From assembly GCF_058153355.1 (NCBI RefSeq), contig NZ_CM177019.1: a stretch of DNA of 64,000 nucleotides; one strand, given 5' to 3'. Positions 35,840 to 49,328 of this stretch are shown piece after piece. Position numbers and translations under genes: made by a program. The notes under the pieces were generated by a model. That model searched no databases and had not been told where the DNA came from. It saw only the letters and a program-made list of their open reading frames with translations. The first letter of the stretch is position 1. The number at the start of each line of letters is the position of its first letter.

Positions 35840-36951
35840 TTGCGTGGGCTAACTTTAAGTAATTCCCCACTGGACTCGTCGGTGAGAACGTATAAATAAC
35901 CGTCGGGTCCAGTGCGAACATCACGAATTCGCTGCCCTCTGTCCGTTAAAATACGGCCATCTTCTGTCACTTTGTCGCCGTTGACGCTCATCACAATGAC
36001 ATCTTTATCTTTCAGCGCGCCAATAAATAATTTTTGCTGCCACTGGGGGAATTTATCGCTGTTATAGAAGGCCATGCCGCTCACGGCGGGCGAATCTTTC
36101 CAGTAAAAAACAGGTTGCTCGGTCCCGGCGACGATCTCCCCTTTCGCTTCCGGTATCTTAAATCCCGAATAGTTGATTCCCCAGGTTGCCAGCGGCCAGC
36201 CGTAGTTTTTGCCTTTTTGCGGGATATTAATTTCATCACCACCGCGGGGGCCATGTTCATTTAGCCACAGTGCATTACTCCAGGGATTCATCGCCATTCC
36301 TTGCGGGTTACGAATACCATAAGACCAGATCTCGGCGCGTGCATCGGATCTCCTGGCAAAAGGATTATCATCCGGGATCTCGCCCTAGTCAGTAAGACGC
36401 ACCAGTTTGCCCTGTAATTTATCCAGATCCTGCGCCGTCGGGCGCTGATTGTTTTCGCCCAGAGCAATAAAAAGATAACCTTTACCGTCGAATACCAGCC
36501 GCCCGCCAAAATGGTTGCCGGTAGACAGTTTTGGCATCTGGCGAAAAATGGTGCGGAAGTCGGTCACTTTTGAGAGATCATCACTTAAACGACCATACCC
36601 CACGGCAGTTCCGGCTTTGCCATCATCGCCAACTTCGGAATAGCTTAACCAGATGCGGCGCGACTGGGCAAAATCAGGTGCTAAAGCCACATCCATTAAG
36701 CCGCCCTGCCCGTGCGCCCAAACTTCCGGCACTCCGGAAAGCGGCGCAGATAATCCTTTTCCTGCTTGCCAGCGACGTAACTCACCGCCGCGCAGGGTGA
36801 TTAACATGCCGTGATTATCAGGTAAAAAGGCCAGCGCCCAAGGGTGAGCGAGTTTGTCTTGCAGTACCTCGACATTTACCGTTGCAGGAGCCGCCCAGAG
36901 AGCGGAAGAAAGACAAATAAGGGGCACAGAGAAAAAGAATTGTCGATGCAT
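35836..36951 (-). pseudogene. yliI: soluble aldose sugar dehydrogenase YliI interrupted by an in-frame amber codon (codon 189 of 371)
   Basis: ORFs 36385-36951 and 35836-36297 are in the same frame; frame reads ...KLVRLTD*GEIPDDNPF... with TAG at 36385-36387; total 372 codons equals full-length yliI. Confidence 0.8.
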
Positions 36952-37031
36952 AACGCCTCCGGATTGACTCTGGCTTAAAGCGTAGTCAGTGGAGGCGATA
37001 ACAAATTCATTTTTACAAAAACTTAAACATG

Positions 37032-37056
37032 AAGGGGGAGACGCTTTCTCCCCCTT
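37032..37056 (-). terminator. hairpin downstream of bssR (possible terminator)
   Basis: AAGGGGGAGA-loop-TCTCCCCCTT perfect inverted repeat just 3' of the bssR stop. Confidence 0.4.
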
Positions 37057-37061
37057 AGTTT

Positions 37062-37445
37062 TCAGGCCTTCTCAAGCATGGCGTGCTTCTGCAGGCTCTG
37101 GATACTCAGCGTTAAGCTCATCAGACAATTTTCAAGCTTATCGGCGTTGACGGTAATAACAGTCGGGCAATCATGGTGCCCACTCATCAAACATACTGCG
37201 GCTGTCGCTAATGCTTCTTCAGCATGATGAAGAGCACTCCACTCTTCCTGATCCAGATGAAGATTCAACCGCAGCGATTTATCGTGCAGTTCGCGATTCA
37301 GTTTAAAAAAGTTATCTCGTAGATGATTGCTTTCGCTGACGGACATGTATCCTTTTGCCTTCCTCAGTTGCACGTATGCGGCGAGGTCAACGCGTGCGTC
37401 GATCAACCGGTTCAGCAGGTCGATTCGCTGTCTGTCAACGAACAT
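37062..37445 (-). CDS. bssR: biofilm regulator BssR (YliH)
   Basis: 127 aa from MFVDRQRIDLLNRL. Confidence 0.88.
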   Translation of the reverse strand: MFVDRQRIDLLNRLIDARVDLAAYVQLRKAKGYMSVSESNHLRDNFFKLNRELHDKSLRLNLHLDQEEWSALHHAEEALATAAVCLMSGHHDCPTVITVNADKLENCLMSLTLSIQSLQKHAMLEKA

Positions 37446-37657
37446 ACTTCGATCCTCCTCTTTCCAGCCTTGTTGCAATTAAATAGTATGGCTATTTTTT
37501 GAGCAAAATGCTGTCCAGGATCAATTCTTCACGCCGAATTAACAAAATTTACATTTCCTTCGCCTCCGCCAGCGAATGAGATTGCGATACAAATTTTATC
37601 CAGAACTCTGTAGAATCCCTGCCCTGACCTTTCCTGTAACTGAATATTTTTTAAGCT

Positions 37658-38983
37658 ATGAGCAAAGTAACTCCCCAGCCGAAAATCGGCTTTGTTTCCC
37701 TTGGCTGCCCGAAAAACCTTGTCGATTCAGAGCGTATTCTCACCGAACTACGCACTGAAGGTTATGACGTGGTACCGAGCTATGACGATGCGGACATGGT
37801 GATCGTCAACACCTGCGGCTTTATTGACAGCGCGGTACAAGAATCACTGGAAGCCATTGGTGAAGCGTTGAATGAAAACGGCAAGGTAATTGTGACCGGT
37901 TGTCTGGGGGCAAAAGAAGATCAGATCCGCGAAGTCCACCCGAAAGTGCTGGAAATCACCGGGCCTCATAGCTATGAGCAGGTTCTGGAGCACGTTCATC
38001 ACTACGTGCCAAAACCGAAACACAACCCGTTCCTGAGCCTGGTGCCAGAACAAGGTGTGAAACTGACGCCGCGTCATTATGCCTATCTGAAAATTTCTGA
38101 AGGCTGTAACCACCGCTGCACCTTCTGCATTATTCCGTCTATGCGCGGCGATCTGGTGAGCCGTCCAATTGGCGAAGTGTTAAGTGAAGCGAAACGACTG
38201 GTTGATGCGGGCGTTAAAGAGATTCTGGTGATCTCGCAGGATACTTCCGCCTATGGCGTCGATGTTAAACATCGTACTGGCTTCCACAACGGCGAGCCGG
38301 TAAAAACCAGCATGGTCAGCCTGTGTGAACAGTTATCGAAACTGGGGATCTGGACACGTCTGCACTACGTTTACCCTTATCCACACGTGGACGACGTCAT
38401 CCCACTGATGGCGGAAGGCAAAATCCTGCCGTATCTGGATATCCCGTTGCAACACGCCAGCCCGCGCATTCTCAAACTGATGAAGCGTCCGGGTTCTGTA
38501 GATCGCCAACTGGCGCGCATCAAACAGTGGCGCGAAATCTGCCCGGAACTGACCCTGCGCTCAACCTTTATTGTCGGCTTCCCTGGCGAGACGGAAGAAG
38601 ATTTCCAGATGCTACTCGATTTCCTGAAAGAAGCACGTCTGGATCGCGTTGGCTGCTTTAAATACAGCCCGGTTGAAGGCGCAGACGCCAATGCCCTGCC
38701 TGACCAGGTTCCGGAAGAAGTGAAAGAAGAACGCTGGAACCGTTTCATGCAGCTGCAGCAGCAGATTTCCGCCGAGCGCCTGCAAGAGAAAGTGGGCCGT
38801 GAAATTCTGGTGATTATCGACGAAGTGGACGAAGAAGGCGCGATTGGTCGCAGCATGGCAGATGCACCGGAAATCGACGGCGCGGTTTATCTCAATGGTG
38901 AAACCAACGTTAAGCCGGGTGATATCCTGCGTGTGAAAGTCGAGCACGCCGATGAGTACGATTTGTGGGGTAGCCGGGTTTAA
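37658..38983 (+). CDS. rimO: ribosomal protein S12 methylthiotransferase RimO (radical SAM)
   Basis: 441 aa; radical-SAM CxxxCxxC (CNHRCTFC); TRAM domain. Confidence 0.93.
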
Positions 38984-39029
38984 TTAATTCAGGCAGGGCA
39001 ACATCATTTGCCCTGCCTGCTAATAATGA

Positions 39030-40358
39030 TTACTGCCAGCTAATCTGCGCCCTGCCGTTTTTCTTGCTCTTATACAGCCGCTCATCCGCCAGCATTTTCA
39101 AACGTTCAACGGTGGTACATTCATTTGAATGCGCTACGCCGATACTGGTGCTCAAGTTAATACTCCCCACCTGGAAATGGACGATTTCTTTTAGAATCGA
39201 TAGCAACTCCTCCAGCGTTCCGCCAGTATAAATCACCGCAAATTCGTCACCGCCGAAGCGGTAGACTTTACCTTTATCTACCGGAATTTGTGATTTAAGG
39301 ATTTTCACCACTTTCATCAACACTTCATCGCCCAGCAAATGACCGAAGGTGTCGTTAATGTTTTTGAATTTATCGACATCAAAAAGACACAGATAGCCGC
39401 CTTTTTCCGGCAGGGCTTTTAAATCTTCATCAAAGGATTTTCTGCCCATTGCTTTGGTCAGGTCGTCCAGAAACGCCGAGTTATACATACTGTAGAGTTT
39501 TTTGACATCGGCAGCCGAGAAGAAAAGCCCACCGTCCAGGACGCGTTCAAAATGGTTATTAATAATGGCTTCTTTCTCCACAATGCCACGATTAATCACT
39601 CTGCGCACCAGATAAAGGCAGCTAGCACCCGATATCACTGCCACCAATGCAGCAAAGAAAATAATCAACATACATACCTGAAAATAAACGTCTTTTTTAT
39701 ACGAAAATACGTACAATCCGGTCGGCAAATAGGCGAAGTGCTCCATTGCTTCCGAAACGGTGAAGATGGCGTTTTTAGCATTATATTCATCACCGGTCAC
39801 CGGTTTACCGTTCTTAAACAGAGAGAACATCAGGTTCTCGCTATCCATCGCCAGCGATTTTGACAGTAAAGAAAAACGCTCCAGACCAAGCAAAAATATC
39901 AGACTGCGATTGTGAGTTACCGGATAGAGGTAATAGACGAAGGTTTTACCGTCAAAAGAGATAAACCCTGTATTTTTGACATGTCGATACTTAACAACCT
40001 GCATAATATCTGCACAATAATTTTTCTCGAACTCCTTTACCTGAATACATTCGTCACTGGAAATCAGATAAGGACCGACATCGTACAAATAAGAGGGTGA
40101 AACCGAGTCGGCGTAAGCTGTGCGCAAGCCAACCAACAGCTGTTCCTCCGTGGGATTTAGCGTGTTGATGAGATCAATTGCCACGCTACGCCGATATTCA
40201 GCAATATTTGCCACCGCAAAAGCAGTATCAATAACGGACTGTTTCAGGCCATACACCCGTTCCTTTACCATTTGAGTGTAGATCCCGCAGGCAACTGCTG
40301 AAATCATGATAAAAATCAGCAGACTGACTGTAAGTACGAACTTATTGATTCTGGACAT
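39030..40358 (-). CDS. dgcI: diguanylate cyclase DgcI (YliF), membrane GGDEF protein
   Basis: 442 aa; GGDEF motif (RFGGDEF) in C-terminal domain. Confidence 0.88.
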   Translation of the reverse strand: MSRINKFVLTVSLLIFIMISAVACGIYTQMVKERVYGLKQSVIDTAFAVANIAEYRRSVAIDLINTLNPTEEQLLVGLRTAYADSVSPSYLYDVGPYLISSDECIQVKEFEKNYCADIMQVVKYRHVKNTGFISFDGKTFVYYLYPVTHNRSLIFLLGLERFSLLSKSLAMDSENLMFSLFKNGKPVTGDEYNAKNAIFTVSEAMEHFAYLPTGLYVFSYKKDVYFQVCMLIIFFAALVAVISGASCLYLVRRVINRGIVEKEAIINNHFERVLDGGLFFSAADVKKLYSMYNSAFLDDLTKAMGRKSFDEDLKALPEKGGYLCLFDVDKFKNINDTFGHLLGDEVLMKVVKILKSQIPVDKGKVYRFGGDEFAVIYTGGTLEELLSILKEIVHFQVGSINLSTSIGVAHSNECTTVERLKMLADERLYKSKKNGRAQISWQ

Positions 40359-40365
40359 ACGTAAA

Positions 40366-42714
40366 CTACTCTTTTACTAATTTTCCACTTTTATCCCAGG
40401 CGGAGAACGGCATGGGTTTCTGGTACAGATACCCCTGAGCCTGAACACATCCTAATTTGATTAATTCGCGCGCAACGTCTTCGCTCTCTACGCCTTCAGC
40501 AATCACCGGGATCCGGTTATAGCGTGCCAGATCGAAAATAATGCGCACAATTTTCCCCGCAGTACCGAAAATATCGCCGGTAAATTGCGAGTCCACTTTT
40601 ATACTGTCTGGATTAATTTCATAAAAACGTTTCAGGTTTGACAAACCGGTGCCAAAGTCATCAATCGATATCCGTACCCCTTGTTTACGCAGTTGTTCAA
40701 TATTGAGATAAAAATGTTCATTAATTCGCTCGATCACAGTTTCAGTGATCTCAACACAGAGGCTGTTCGCCTTCAGGCCATTTTCTTTCATGATGGTGGT
40801 AAAACGCTCATGAAAGTGTGGTTCGTTTAACTGCCAGGGCGAAACATTAATATGCAGTAAGAAACCGTCCTTCAGCGACGCACGCTGACTAAAATGTCTG
40901 AATTCACCCATTGCCGTTTTAATAATCTGATAACCTAGCTCATTGATAAACCCGATATCTTCAGCAATGGTAATGAACTTCAGCGGTGAAATGATCCCCC
41001 GCTCCGCAGACACCCAACGGCACAACGCCTCCGCGCCCAGAATGGCGCGGGTGTTAATATCAACGATCGGTTGATAGACCAGGAATAGTTCGCCAATTTC
41101 CATTGCATGGCGAATATTACGCGCAATCCAGATATTCTCTTCTATTTCGTTGAGTTTCGCGTCATCACAGAAAATAAACTCTGAGAACATATGGTCACGG
41201 ATACTGGAAATCGCCAGTTTCAGTTTTTCTGCGTAACTCCAGGCGTTTTCTCCCTGCAAAGGTTCACAAATAGCAGACTTATGGATGCGCAGATTGCGGT
41301 AGCCAAAGCTGCTGTCAAAATCGTTTACCGTCGCTATCTTACGGGTAAACGTCTGGACATTTTCCCGGCACAGGAGTAAATAAAGATCGGCATTGAATGT
41401 CACGATATCGCAGCATTGTGCATATTTCTCGGCAATTCGCTGACACAGTTTTCTGACGATTTTATTACGCTCATCGACACCAAACACCGCTTCAACGGCT
41501 TCCAGGCCACACAGTTTGATGATCCCCACAGCCAGATACTGATTATTGTTGGACTCAATAATCGCCATATTTTTAATAAAACCGCTTTCTTGATCGTAAG
41601 AGATCAGCGAGAGCAATTTATTTGACCGTTCAATTTCGGCATCTTTCATTTCCGCGATCGAATTTTTGATGCTGATAATCTCTTTCGCATCGCCTTCGCG
41701 AATTTTCAGAGCCTCGATTTGATCCGTTGAGTCGGGCAAAAATGCCAGCGTATTAACCAGCTCGGTCATTTCAGAAAATTGCCGACGGAACACACGAGTG
41801 GTCATTAAATAAACCACCAGCAATACGATAATAATGAAAGCAAACGGCAGATAAAAAAGTTTATCTGATGCGTTCAATAAATTACCGCCAGGATAATAAA
41901 AATAGATTTCGAATAATGCGTTGTTTGGCACCGCTGATGTTTTTTCGATATATTCAGTATCGACAGAATCAATAATATTATAATTACCTTCGCTATTATA
42001 AATAATCAGTTTTTCACGAGCGAGTTGATTCTTGGCAATGATCTCATGGCCTTGTTTCAAAAATAGAACTTCATCATTAGCGCTGATTTGATCAAGATAC
42101 TCGTTCAGATATCGCCAGTTTAAATCGACATGAATTTTATCCACCACTAACAAATCGTGATCTTTGCCGTTGATGCGTAGCGTAAAAGAGATACATTTTT
42201 TACCCGGACGATCAAAGCAATTGTATGCCGGATTCCAGCTGTTGTTAGAGTCATCTGAAGCCACCGACCACGGTCGTTTCGATGGGTTAAAATCGGCAAA
42301 AATAACCCGCCCTGACTCGTCGACAAGCGGTCCATTTACTTGTTCCTGATGATAAACAACGATTTTATCATTCGCCCTCCGCGAAAAGAGATAATATTTA
42401 TTATCATCAAGTACCAGTCCCACCGAGTCTAAAAATGGCATCATTTCCATTTTAAGGATCACAGCGCGTTGAATCTCCTCTGTATTTTTTAATAAATACA
42501 GTGAGTCCTTTAATGTCAGGGCCGAACGTTCAATATCTTTAAAGAAATAGCCAACGTTTTTCTGAATAAGTTCAAAGCGGCTATCGGCACGTTTTACCGC
42601 GCGTTCCGATACCAGTTGATAGTTAATGATGAAAAAAAGGCCAATAAATGACAGTGCTGCCAATAAAAATAAAATTATCAGCCTTATCTTTATCTTTTCG
42701 TATAAACTCAGCAT
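40366..42714 (-). CDS. pdeI: c-di-GMP phosphodiesterase PdeI (YliE), membrane EAL protein
   Basis: 782 aa from [12 protein letters not shown]; C-terminal EAL domain; adjacent to dgcI. Confidence 0.88.
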   Translation of the reverse strand: MLSLYEKIKIRLIILFLLAALSFIGLFFIINYQLVSERAVKRADSRFELIQKNVGYFFKDIERSALTLKDSLYLLKNTEEIQRAVILKMEMMPFLDSVGLVLDDNKYYLFSRRANDKIVVYHQEQVNGPLVDESGRVIFADFNPSKRPWSVASDDSNNSWNPAYNCFDRPGKKCISFTLRINGKDHDLLVVDKIHVDLNWRYLNEYLDQISANDEVLFLKQGHEIIAKNQLAREKLIIYNSEGNYNIIDSVDTEYIEKTSAVPNNALFEIYFYYPGGNLLNASDKLFYLPFAFIIIVLLVVYLMTTRVFRRQFSEMTELVNTLAFLPDSTDQIEALKIREGDAKEIISIKNSIAEMKDAEIERSNKLLSLISYDQESGFIKNMAIIESNNNQYLAVGIIKLCGLEAVEAVFGVDERNKIVRKLCQRIAEKYAQCCDIVTFNADLYLLLCRENVQTFTRKIATVNDFDSSFGYRNLRIHKSAICEPLQGENAWSYAEKLKLAISSIRDHMFSEFIFCDDAKLNEIEENIWIARNIRHAMEIGELFLVYQPIVDINTRAILGAEALCRWVSAERGIISPLKFITIAEDIGFINELGYQIIKTAMGEFRHFSQRASLKDGFLLHINVSPWQLNEPHFHERFTTIMKENGLKANSLCVEITETVIERINEHFYLNIEQLRKQGVRISIDDFGTGLSNLKRFYEINPDSIKVDSQFTGDIFGTAGKIVRIIFDLARYNRIPVIAEGVESEDVARELIKLGCVQAQGYLYQKPMPFSAWDKSGKLVKE

Positions 42715-42891
42715 GTTAATACATTTAACAAAATAACTGTCTGAACGCTGTGCCGCTGCAAAAACAGTCCCTTGCTGCGGCTTTTTAACCAAATTACCCG
42801 ATTCTACAAAATCAGCAGAAAGTTACAACACTTGCTTAGGGCAATAATTTCCTGTGAGGTGATTACCCTTTCAAGCAATATTCAAACGTAA

Positions 42892-43803
42892 CTATCCTTT
42901 AATTTTCGGATCCAGCGCATCGCGTAAACCATCACCCAACAAATTGAACGCCAGTACAGTCAGAAAAATAGCCAGGGCCGGAAAAATAGCGACATGCGGC
43001 GCGATAACCATATCCGCTCGTGCCTCATTGAGCATCGCTCCCCACTCTGGTGTCGGCGGCTGCGCGCCGAGGCCGAGAAACGACAGGCTGGCCGCAGAGA
43101 TAATCGAGGTGCCAATGCGCATGGTGAAAAACACCACGATAGAAGAGACGGTCCCAGGCAGAATATGACGCAATAAAATGGTCATATCGCTGGCACCAAT
43201 ACTGCGTGCTGACTCAATAAAGGTTTGCTGTTTCAACACCAGCGTATTGCCGCGCACCAGTCGGGCAAACGCGGGGATGGAAAAAATGGCAACGGCGATA
43301 ATCACGTTAGCGATGCCGCTTCCCAACACCGCAACAACAGCGATCGCCAGTAAAATACCCGGGAAGGCAAACAGCACATCGCAAATGCGCATGATCAGCC
43401 GATCCCACCAGCCTTCATAATATCCCGCCAGCAAGCCCAGCAACGTCCCGATCGCCGCACCGATAAACACTGCAAACACGCCCGCCGCCAGCGAGATTTG
43501 CGCACCAACCAGGACACGGCTGAAAATGTCGCGTCCCAGTGAATCGACGCCAAACCAGTGCTGCAAAGAAGGTCCGTTATTCAGATTGTCATAATCGAAA
43601 AAATTTTCGGCGTCATAGGGGGCGATCCAGCGTGCAAAAATGGCCACCACAATCAATAAAATGACGAACAATGCGGCGGCCATCGCCATATGCTGATGGC
43701 GAAATCGTCGCCAGAATTCATGCCACGGTGTACGTACCTGGTCAGGTTTAACCAATGGCATGGCGTTTAACACCGCCTGACGTCGCCAGTTAAATAGTCG
43801 CAT
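42892..43803 (-). CDS. gsiD: glutathione ABC transporter permease GsiD
   Basis: 303 aa ABC permease; operon position. Confidence 0.92.
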   Translation of the reverse strand: MRLFNWRRQAVLNAMPLVKPDQVRTPWHEFWRRFRHQHMAMAAALFVILLIVVAIFARWIAPYDAENFFDYDNLNNGPSLQHWFGVDSLGRDIFSRVLVGAQISLAAGVFAVFIGAAIGTLLGLLAGYYEGWWDRLIMRICDVLFAFPGILLAIAVVAVLGSGIANVIIAVAIFSIPAFARLVRGNTLVLKQQTFIESARSIGASDMTILLRHILPGTVSSIVVFFTMRIGTSIISAASLSFLGLGAQPPTPEWGAMLNEARADMVIAPHVAIFPALAIFLTVLAFNLLGDGLRDALDPKIKG

Positions 43804-43805
43804 CC

Positions 43806-44726
43806 TTACTTGTACCTGATAGCCGGGTTAATGGCGGCATAAAGCACATCCACCACTAAGTTGATAAGAATAAATTCCAGCGAGAAAAGCAGAATTTCCG
43901 CCTGAATCACCGGGTAATCGCGCATTTCTACGGAGTCGACGAGTAAGCGTCCAAGTCCGGGCCAGTTGAAGACTTTCTCCACCACAATGGAACCACCGAG
44001 TAAAAAGCCAAACTGTAAGCCCATCATGGTCACTACCGGGATCATCGCATTGCGTAACCCGTGTTTGAGGATGACCCAGGTTTCGCTCACCCCTTTCGCC
44101 CTCGCGGTGCGCATATAATCTTCGCTTAAAACGTCGACAAACGATGCGCGGGTAAAGCGCGCCATCACGGCTTCCACTGCCGCGCCGAGCGTCAGGGAGG
44201 GTAAAATGTAGTGCTGCCAACTGTCTGCACCTACGGTGGGTAACCAGCCAAGTTCAACTGAGAAAACCTGAATCAACAGTATTCCTAACGCAAATGCCGG
44301 GAATGAAATCCCTGATACCGCGATAGTCATACTTAATCGATCCGGCCAACGGTTACGCCAGACAGCGGCGATAATACCAGCCCCCATGCCGAACAGCACC
44401 GCCCAGGTCATACTGGTAATAGTCAACCATAGAGTAGGCATAAAGCGGCTGGCAATCTCATCGGCAACCGGACGACGCGACACCATCGACAGGCCAAAAT
44501 CCCCCTGCACAGCATTGCTGATATAGTGCCAGAACTGGTGATACATCGGCTGATCCAACCCCAGCTGCTGACGCACCAGTTCTATAACCTGCGCATCAGC
44601 TTCGGGCCCGGCAATCAATCGCGCCGGATCGCCGGGCAGCATATGGACAAATAAAAACACCAGCACCGAGACGATAAACAGCGTCGGAATCAACCCCAGT
44701 AAGCGTTTGATAACGTAATTAAGCAT
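43806..44726 (-). CDS. gsiC: glutathione ABC transporter permease GsiC
   Basis: 306 aa ABC permease. Confidence 0.92.
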   Translation of the reverse strand: MLNYVIKRLLGLIPTLFIVSVLVFLFVHMLPGDPARLIAGPEADAQVIELVRQQLGLDQPMYHQFWHYISNAVQGDFGLSMVSRRPVADEIASRFMPTLWLTITSMTWAVLFGMGAGIIAAVWRNRWPDRLSMTIAVSGISFPAFALGILLIQVFSVELGWLPTVGADSWQHYILPSLTLGAAVEAVMARFTRASFVDVLSEDYMRTARAKGVSETWVILKHGLRNAMIPVVTMMGLQFGFLLGGSIVVEKVFNWPGLGRLLVDSVEMRDYPVIQAEILLFSLEFILINLVVDVLYAAINPAIRYK

Positions 44727-44743
44727 TCCACTCCCTGCGTTGC

Positions 44744-46282
44744 TTATTGCAAATCCGCGTCTTCAAAGCTGAAACCGGTGTCTGGCATGATCCAAAAACC
44801 GGTCAGGTTTTTACTGTGTGCCGACACCAGTTTTTCTACCACCAGCGGGATCCACGGCGACTCTTGCCAGATGATATCCTGCACCGCCTTATACAAGCGC
44901 GCCTTTTGCGCCGGATCGTTGGTTTTCAGCGCCTGGGCAAGCTCGTCATCCACCTGCTTATTGCTGTAAAACGCAGTATTAAACAGCGTCGGCGGCCAGT
45001 TCTGCGAGGCGAACAGTGGCGATAGCGCCCAGTCAGCTTCACCAGTCGAGGCCGACCAGCCAGTGTAAAACATTCTCACGCCGCTCTCTTTCTGCCCTTT
45101 ACCTTCAACTTCTGCCGCCCGCTGCCCGGCATCCATCGCCGTTACCTGGGCTTTAATCCCCACCTGCGCTAGCTGTTGCTGGGTAAATTGCAGCACTTTC
45201 TGTGCGGTACTGTGATTATGTGATGACCACAGCGTGGTACTGAAGCCGTTGGGATACCCCGCCTCTTTCAATAATTCACGCGCTTTCGCCGGATCGTAAG
45301 GCCACGGTTGATAACTTTGCGCGTAGGCAATACTCGGTGGCACCACACCAGTAGCAGGAACTGCATATCCCGCAAAGGCCACTTTCACCAGTGCCTGACG
45401 GTTAATGGCGTAATTCAGCGCCTCACGGACCTTCGGGTTATCGAACGGCTTTTGCGTCACGTTCATACTGATATAACGCTGCATAATTGACGGACTGGCC
45501 ATCAACTCGATATTTTTGTTTTTCTCCAGTAGCGCCGCTTGTTCATAAGGGATGGGAAAAGCAAATTGCGCTTCACCGGTTTGCAGCATTGCCGCACGGG
45601 TGTTGTTATCCGCCACCGGACGCCAGGTTATGCTGTCCAGTTTGGGCAATCCTGGCTGCCAGTAACCCGCGAATTTTTTCACCTTCACAAAATCGGTCTG
45701 ATTCCAGGTATCCAGTTCATACGGCCCGGTTCCCACCGGATGAAAACCAATATCCTTGCCATATTTTTCCAGCGCTGCCGGTGAAATCATCGCGGTCGCC
45801 GGATGGGCAAGAATATTAATAAACGCTGAAAACGGCTGTTTGAGGGTAATCTTTACCGTTGTCGGATCGATCGCTTCCGTTTTGGCAATATTCTTATACA
45901 GGTTATAGCGTTTAAGATGATTCGCCGGATCGCTGGCCCGGTCCAGATTCGCTTTTACCGCTGCTGCGTTGAAATCGGTGCCATCCTGGAATTTAATTCC
46001 TTCCCGCAGTTTCACGGTGTAAGTAAGGCCGTCATCGGAAACGGTATAACTCTCCGCCAGCACGTTTTTCAGTTTCATCTCTTTATCGAGACCGAACAGC
46101 CCCTGGTAAAACGATTTCGCTACGGCCTGAGATAACGTGTCATTCGCGTCATATGGATCGAGCGTGGTGAAGTTCGATCCTACCGCCACCACCACATCTT
46201 TGGCAGCGAATGCACAAGATGCCATCAACGCTGTCGCAATGCCCAGCGCCACTAACCCACTACGGTGTACAGCTCTTGCCAT
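44744..46282 (-). CDS. gsiB: glutathione-binding periplasmic protein GsiB
   Basis: 512 aa from [14 protein letters not shown] with signal peptide; ATG at 46280-46282. Confidence 0.92.
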   Translation of the reverse strand: MARAVHRSGLVALGIATALMASCAFAAKDVVVAVGSNFTTLDPYDANDTLSQAVAKSFYQGLFGLDKEMKLKNVLAESYTVSDDGLTYTVKLREGIKFQDGTDFNAAAVKANLDRASDPANHLKRYNLYKNIAKTEAIDPTTVKITLKQPFSAFINILAHPATAMISPAALEKYGKDIGFHPVGTGPYELDTWNQTDFVKVKKFAGYWQPGLPKLDSITWRPVADNNTRAAMLQTGEAQFAFPIPYEQAALLEKNKNIELMASPSIMQRYISMNVTQKPFDNPKVREALNYAINRQALVKVAFAGYAVPATGVVPPSIAYAQSYQPWPYDPAKARELLKEAGYPNGFSTTLWSSHNHSTAQKVLQFTQQQLAQVGIKAQVTAMDAGQRAAEVEGKGQKESGVRMFYTGWSASTGEADWALSPLFASQNWPPTLFNTAFYSNKQVDDELAQALKTNDPAQKARLYKAVQDIIWQESPWIPLVVEKLVSAHSKNLTGFWIMPDTGFSFEDADLQ

Positions 46283-46301
46283 TTTATTCTCCGCCTGAAT
46301 G

Positions 46302-48173
46302 TTATCTACGCATGAATGCGTATTCTGATTGTGGTTGTGCGACGTAATGCCCCGGCCCGACGCATTGCAACGAGACGGCTGCAACCTCTTCGCCACGCAG
46401 ATGAATATTGCTGGGAAGATCGTCCGACAGCAGTACACGCTGCGGTCGTTGTCGGGACGGTTCAGCGACCGGAACTGCCGCCAGTAATTTACGCGTATAA
46501 GGATGCTGCGGGTTTTCAAAGACCGCGCGCCGTGGACCAATTTCAACAATTTGTCCGAGATACATCACCGCCACACGATGACTAATCCGCTCTACCACGG
46601 CCATATCGTGGGAGATAAACAGATACGCAATGCCGAAATCACGCTGGAGATCGAGCAACAAGTTGATAATCTGCCCGCGAATAGAAACATCCAGCGCCGA
46701 GACGGCTTCGTCGGCAATGATCACTTTTGGATTCAATGCCAACGCGCGAGCAATGCAGATGCGCTGGCGCTGACCGCCGGAAAACTCATGCGGGTAACGC
46801 CAGGCATGTTCAGGTAACAGGCCCACGCGCTCCAGCAACCACGCAACGCGTGCAGCCGCTTCTTTACCTGGCAATAAACCGTGTACGCGCAGCGGTTCGA
46901 TAATCGAATCACCGATGGTCTGACGTGGGTCCAGCGAAGCGTAAGGGTCCTGAAAAATAAACTGAATATCGCGACGCAATGCCTGAAGTTTGCCGGGTGA
47001 CAAAGTATCGATTCGCTGACCGTTAAAGATAATTTCGCCGCCCTGCGATTCGACCAGGCGCAGCAACGCCCGCCCGGTAGTGGATTTACCGCTGCCAGAC
47101 TCGCCCACCAGCGATAGCGTTTCGCCAGGCCAGAGATCAAAACTGACTTTCTCAACGGCATGCACTTCCCGCGTTACGCGATTCAACAAACCGCTGCGCA
47201 AAGGGAAACGGGTGACCAGATTACGCACCCGTAAAACAGGTTCGCCATCCACCACCGTTTTCTGCTCGATGGGTGGTTCCTGTTTCGCTGGATGTTCAAG
47301 CGATATCAATGGGAAACGTCGGGGATAATCTAACCCTTTCATCGCACCAAGTTGCGGAACAGCAGCTAACAGCGCACGGGTGTAAGGATGTTGCGGTGCA
47401 TGAAAAATCTGTTCGACGCTACCCGTTTCCACCGCCTCGCCCTGATACATCACCAGTACCCGATCGGCAATCTCTGCCACCACGCCCATATCGTGAGTGA
47501 TAAAGATAACGCCCATCGACATCTCTTTTTGCAATACTTTGATTAATTGCAGGATCTGCGCCTGAATAGTGACATCCAGCGCGGTGGTTGGCTCATCGGC
47601 AATCAGCACCGCCGGACGGCATGACAACGCCATCGCAATCATCACTCGCTGGCGCATCCCGCCAGAGAGTTGATGCGGATAACGTGAAAGAATGGTTTGT
47701 GCCTCCGGAATGCGTACCTGATCCAGCATCCGCTTCGCCTCGACCATTGCTTCTTCACGACTGGCGTTTTGATGCAGACGAATTGATTCGGCAATCTGTT
47801 CACCCACAGTAAATACCGGGTTCAGCGATGTCATCGGCTCCTGAAATATCATCGCCATATCCGCACCGCGCACATGGCGCATTTGTGCAGCGCTCTGTTC
47901 GCTAAGTTCAATCACCTCACGACTGCGCCGCCGCAACAGCATTTGATCGCACGGCACTAAACCACCCGCCTGTTCCAACAGGCGCATCAATGCCAGCGCA
48001 GTCACTGACTTACCGGAGCCGGATTCGCCAACAATTGCCAGCGTCTCACCACGTTGTAGGCTAAAAGAGAGATTGCGGACCGCAGCTATTTTCTGCTGGT
48101 CCTGCCTAAAGGCAATATTCAGATTTTCAACCGCCAGCACATCACCGGCATCAAGTTCATCACTGTGTGGCAA
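46302..48173 (-). CDS. gsiA: glutathione ABC transporter ATP-binding protein GsiA (two ABC domains); start codon uncertain
   Basis: Two Walker A/signature sets; the codon aligning with the remembered K-12 N-terminus ([10 protein letters not shown]) is TTG at 48171-48173, the ORF also extends to a GTG at 48281; overlaps iaaA 3' end. Confidence 0.85.
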   Translation of the reverse strand: MPHSDELDAGDVLAVENLNIAFRQDQQKIAAVRNLSFSLQRGETLAIVGESGSGKSVTALALMRLLEQAGGLVPCDQMLLRRRSREVIELSEQSAAQMRHVRGADMAMIFQEPMTSLNPVFTVGEQIAESIRLHQNASREEAMVEAKRMLDQVRIPEAQTILSRYPHQLSGGMRQRVMIAMALSCRPAVLIADEPTTALDVTIQAQILQLIKVLQKEMSMGVIFITHDMGVVAEIADRVLVMYQGEAVETGSVEQIFHAPQHPYTRALLAAVPQLGAMKGLDYPRRFPLISLEHPAKQEPPIEQKTVVDGEPVLRVRNLVTRFPLRSGLLNRVTREVHAVEKVSFDLWPGETLSLVGESGSGKSTTGRALLRLVESQGGEIIFNGQRIDTLSPGKLQALRRDIQFIFQDPYASLDPRQTIGDSIIEPLRVHGLLPGKEAAARVAWLLERVGLLPEHAWRYPHEFSGGQRQRICIARALALNPKVIIADEAVSALDVSIRGQIINLLLDLQRDFGIAYLFISHDMAVVERISHRVAVMYLGQIVEIGPRRAVFENPQHPYTRKLLAAVPVAEPSRQRPQRVLLSDDLPSNIHLRGEEVAAVSLQCVGPGHYVAQPQSEYAFMRR

Positions 48174-49125
48174 CGGTGTCCCCTTTTTCACGGTAGATAC
48201 CGGTGGTTGGCGTATCGCCTGCGTAGCCCCAGGCGCGATACATTCCTTCGGTGTTAAACGGTAGCGCGACGTTACCTTCATGGTCGATAGCGATTAAGCC
48301 ACCGCTACCGCCAAGCGCAGGGAGTTTTTCCATTACTACCCGCTCGCAGGCTTCCGCGAGACTTAATCCGCCGTAATCCATTAACGCGGCGATGTCATAT
48401 GCCGCCAGCGCGCGGATGAAGACTTCGCCCGTGCCGGTACAAGAAACCGCCACACTGGCGTTATTGGCGTAGCATCCGGCGCCCACTAAGGGACTATCGC
48501 CAACTCGTCCGGGTAATTTATTGGTCATTCCGCCCGTGGACGTGGCTGCCGCCAGATTGCCGTCTAAATCCAACGCCACGGCACCCACGGTGCCCATTTT
48601 CTGTTTTTCATCCAGTGGCGCACCGCTATGGTCGAGAACCGTTGCCCCTTCCTCGCGCGCTGCCAGGAGTTGTTCATAACGCAAAGGCGTGGAGAAAATC
48701 TCCGGCGAGACGCGCTCCATGCCATGAGCAAACGCAAAATTTTCTGCCCCTTCGCCAATCATCATCACATGCGGGCTTTGCTCCATCACCAGGCGGGCAG
48801 CAAGAACCGGATTACGCAGATGACTCACGCCCGCCACCGCACCGGCTTTCAGGGTGTTACCATCCATCACACAGGCGTCGAGTTCATGCGTTTCATCTCG
48901 CGTAAAGACTGCGCCAATTCCGGCGTTAAACAGTGGACACTCTTCCAGCAGACGCACCGCTTCCGTCACCACATCCAGCGCACTTTCGCCCGCTTCCAGC
49001 ATTTTCTGCCCGGTTTCAACAATGGCAGACAGCGCCTCGATGTAGCGTAATTCCTGTTGCAGACTAATCTGCGCGCGGCTAATTGCACCTGCGCCGCCAT
49101 GAATTGCAATGACTGCTTTGCCCAT
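48160..49125 (-). CDS. iaaA: isoaspartyl dipeptidase / L-asparaginase IaaA (Ntn hydrolase)
   Basis: 321 aa ORF recognised as IaaA; first gene of iaaA-gsiABCD cluster. Confidence 0.92.
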   Translation of the reverse strand: MGKAVIAIHGGAGAISRAQISLQQELRYIEALSAIVETGQKMLEAGESALDVVTEAVRLLEECPLFNAGIGAVFTRDETHELDACVMDGNTLKAGAVAGVSHLRNPVLAARLVMEQSPHVMMIGEGAENFAFAHGMERVSPEIFSTPLRYEQLLAAREEGATVLDHSGAPLDEKQKMGTVGAVALDLDGNLAAATSTGGMTNKLPGRVGDSPLVGAGCYANNASVAVSCTGTGEVFIRALAAYDIAALMDYGGLSLAEACERVVMEKLPALGGSGGLIAIDHEGNVALPFNTEGMYRAWGYAGDTPTTGIYREKGDTVATQ

Positions 49126-49328
49126 AGTATTCGTCCATTAAGGGTGGCTCGCCACTTTTGCTATAAATATCAGAATTTTTATGAATTACTCATTCAATTT
49201 TTGAATATAGAAAGATGGATATGGCATGTAAAGGCAGGAGCCAGCGCTACGCCCGAGGTGGCATACAGTCTGTGGCGTTTTTCTGACATAATAGGCAAAT
49301 TCGATTTTGCCTCCGCAGGAGTGTTTTC

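Noticed and set aside
36288-36509. 73 aa ORF spanning the yliI amber site
   Set aside because: In a different frame from yliI, which is intact on both sides of the stop; a by-product of the pseudogene region, not a separate gene.
49126-49328. Possible molybdenum-cofactor riboswitch upstream of moeA
   Set aside because: In E. coli the Moco RNA motif is associated with moaA, not moeA as I recall, and no conserved motif could be recognised here by eye.
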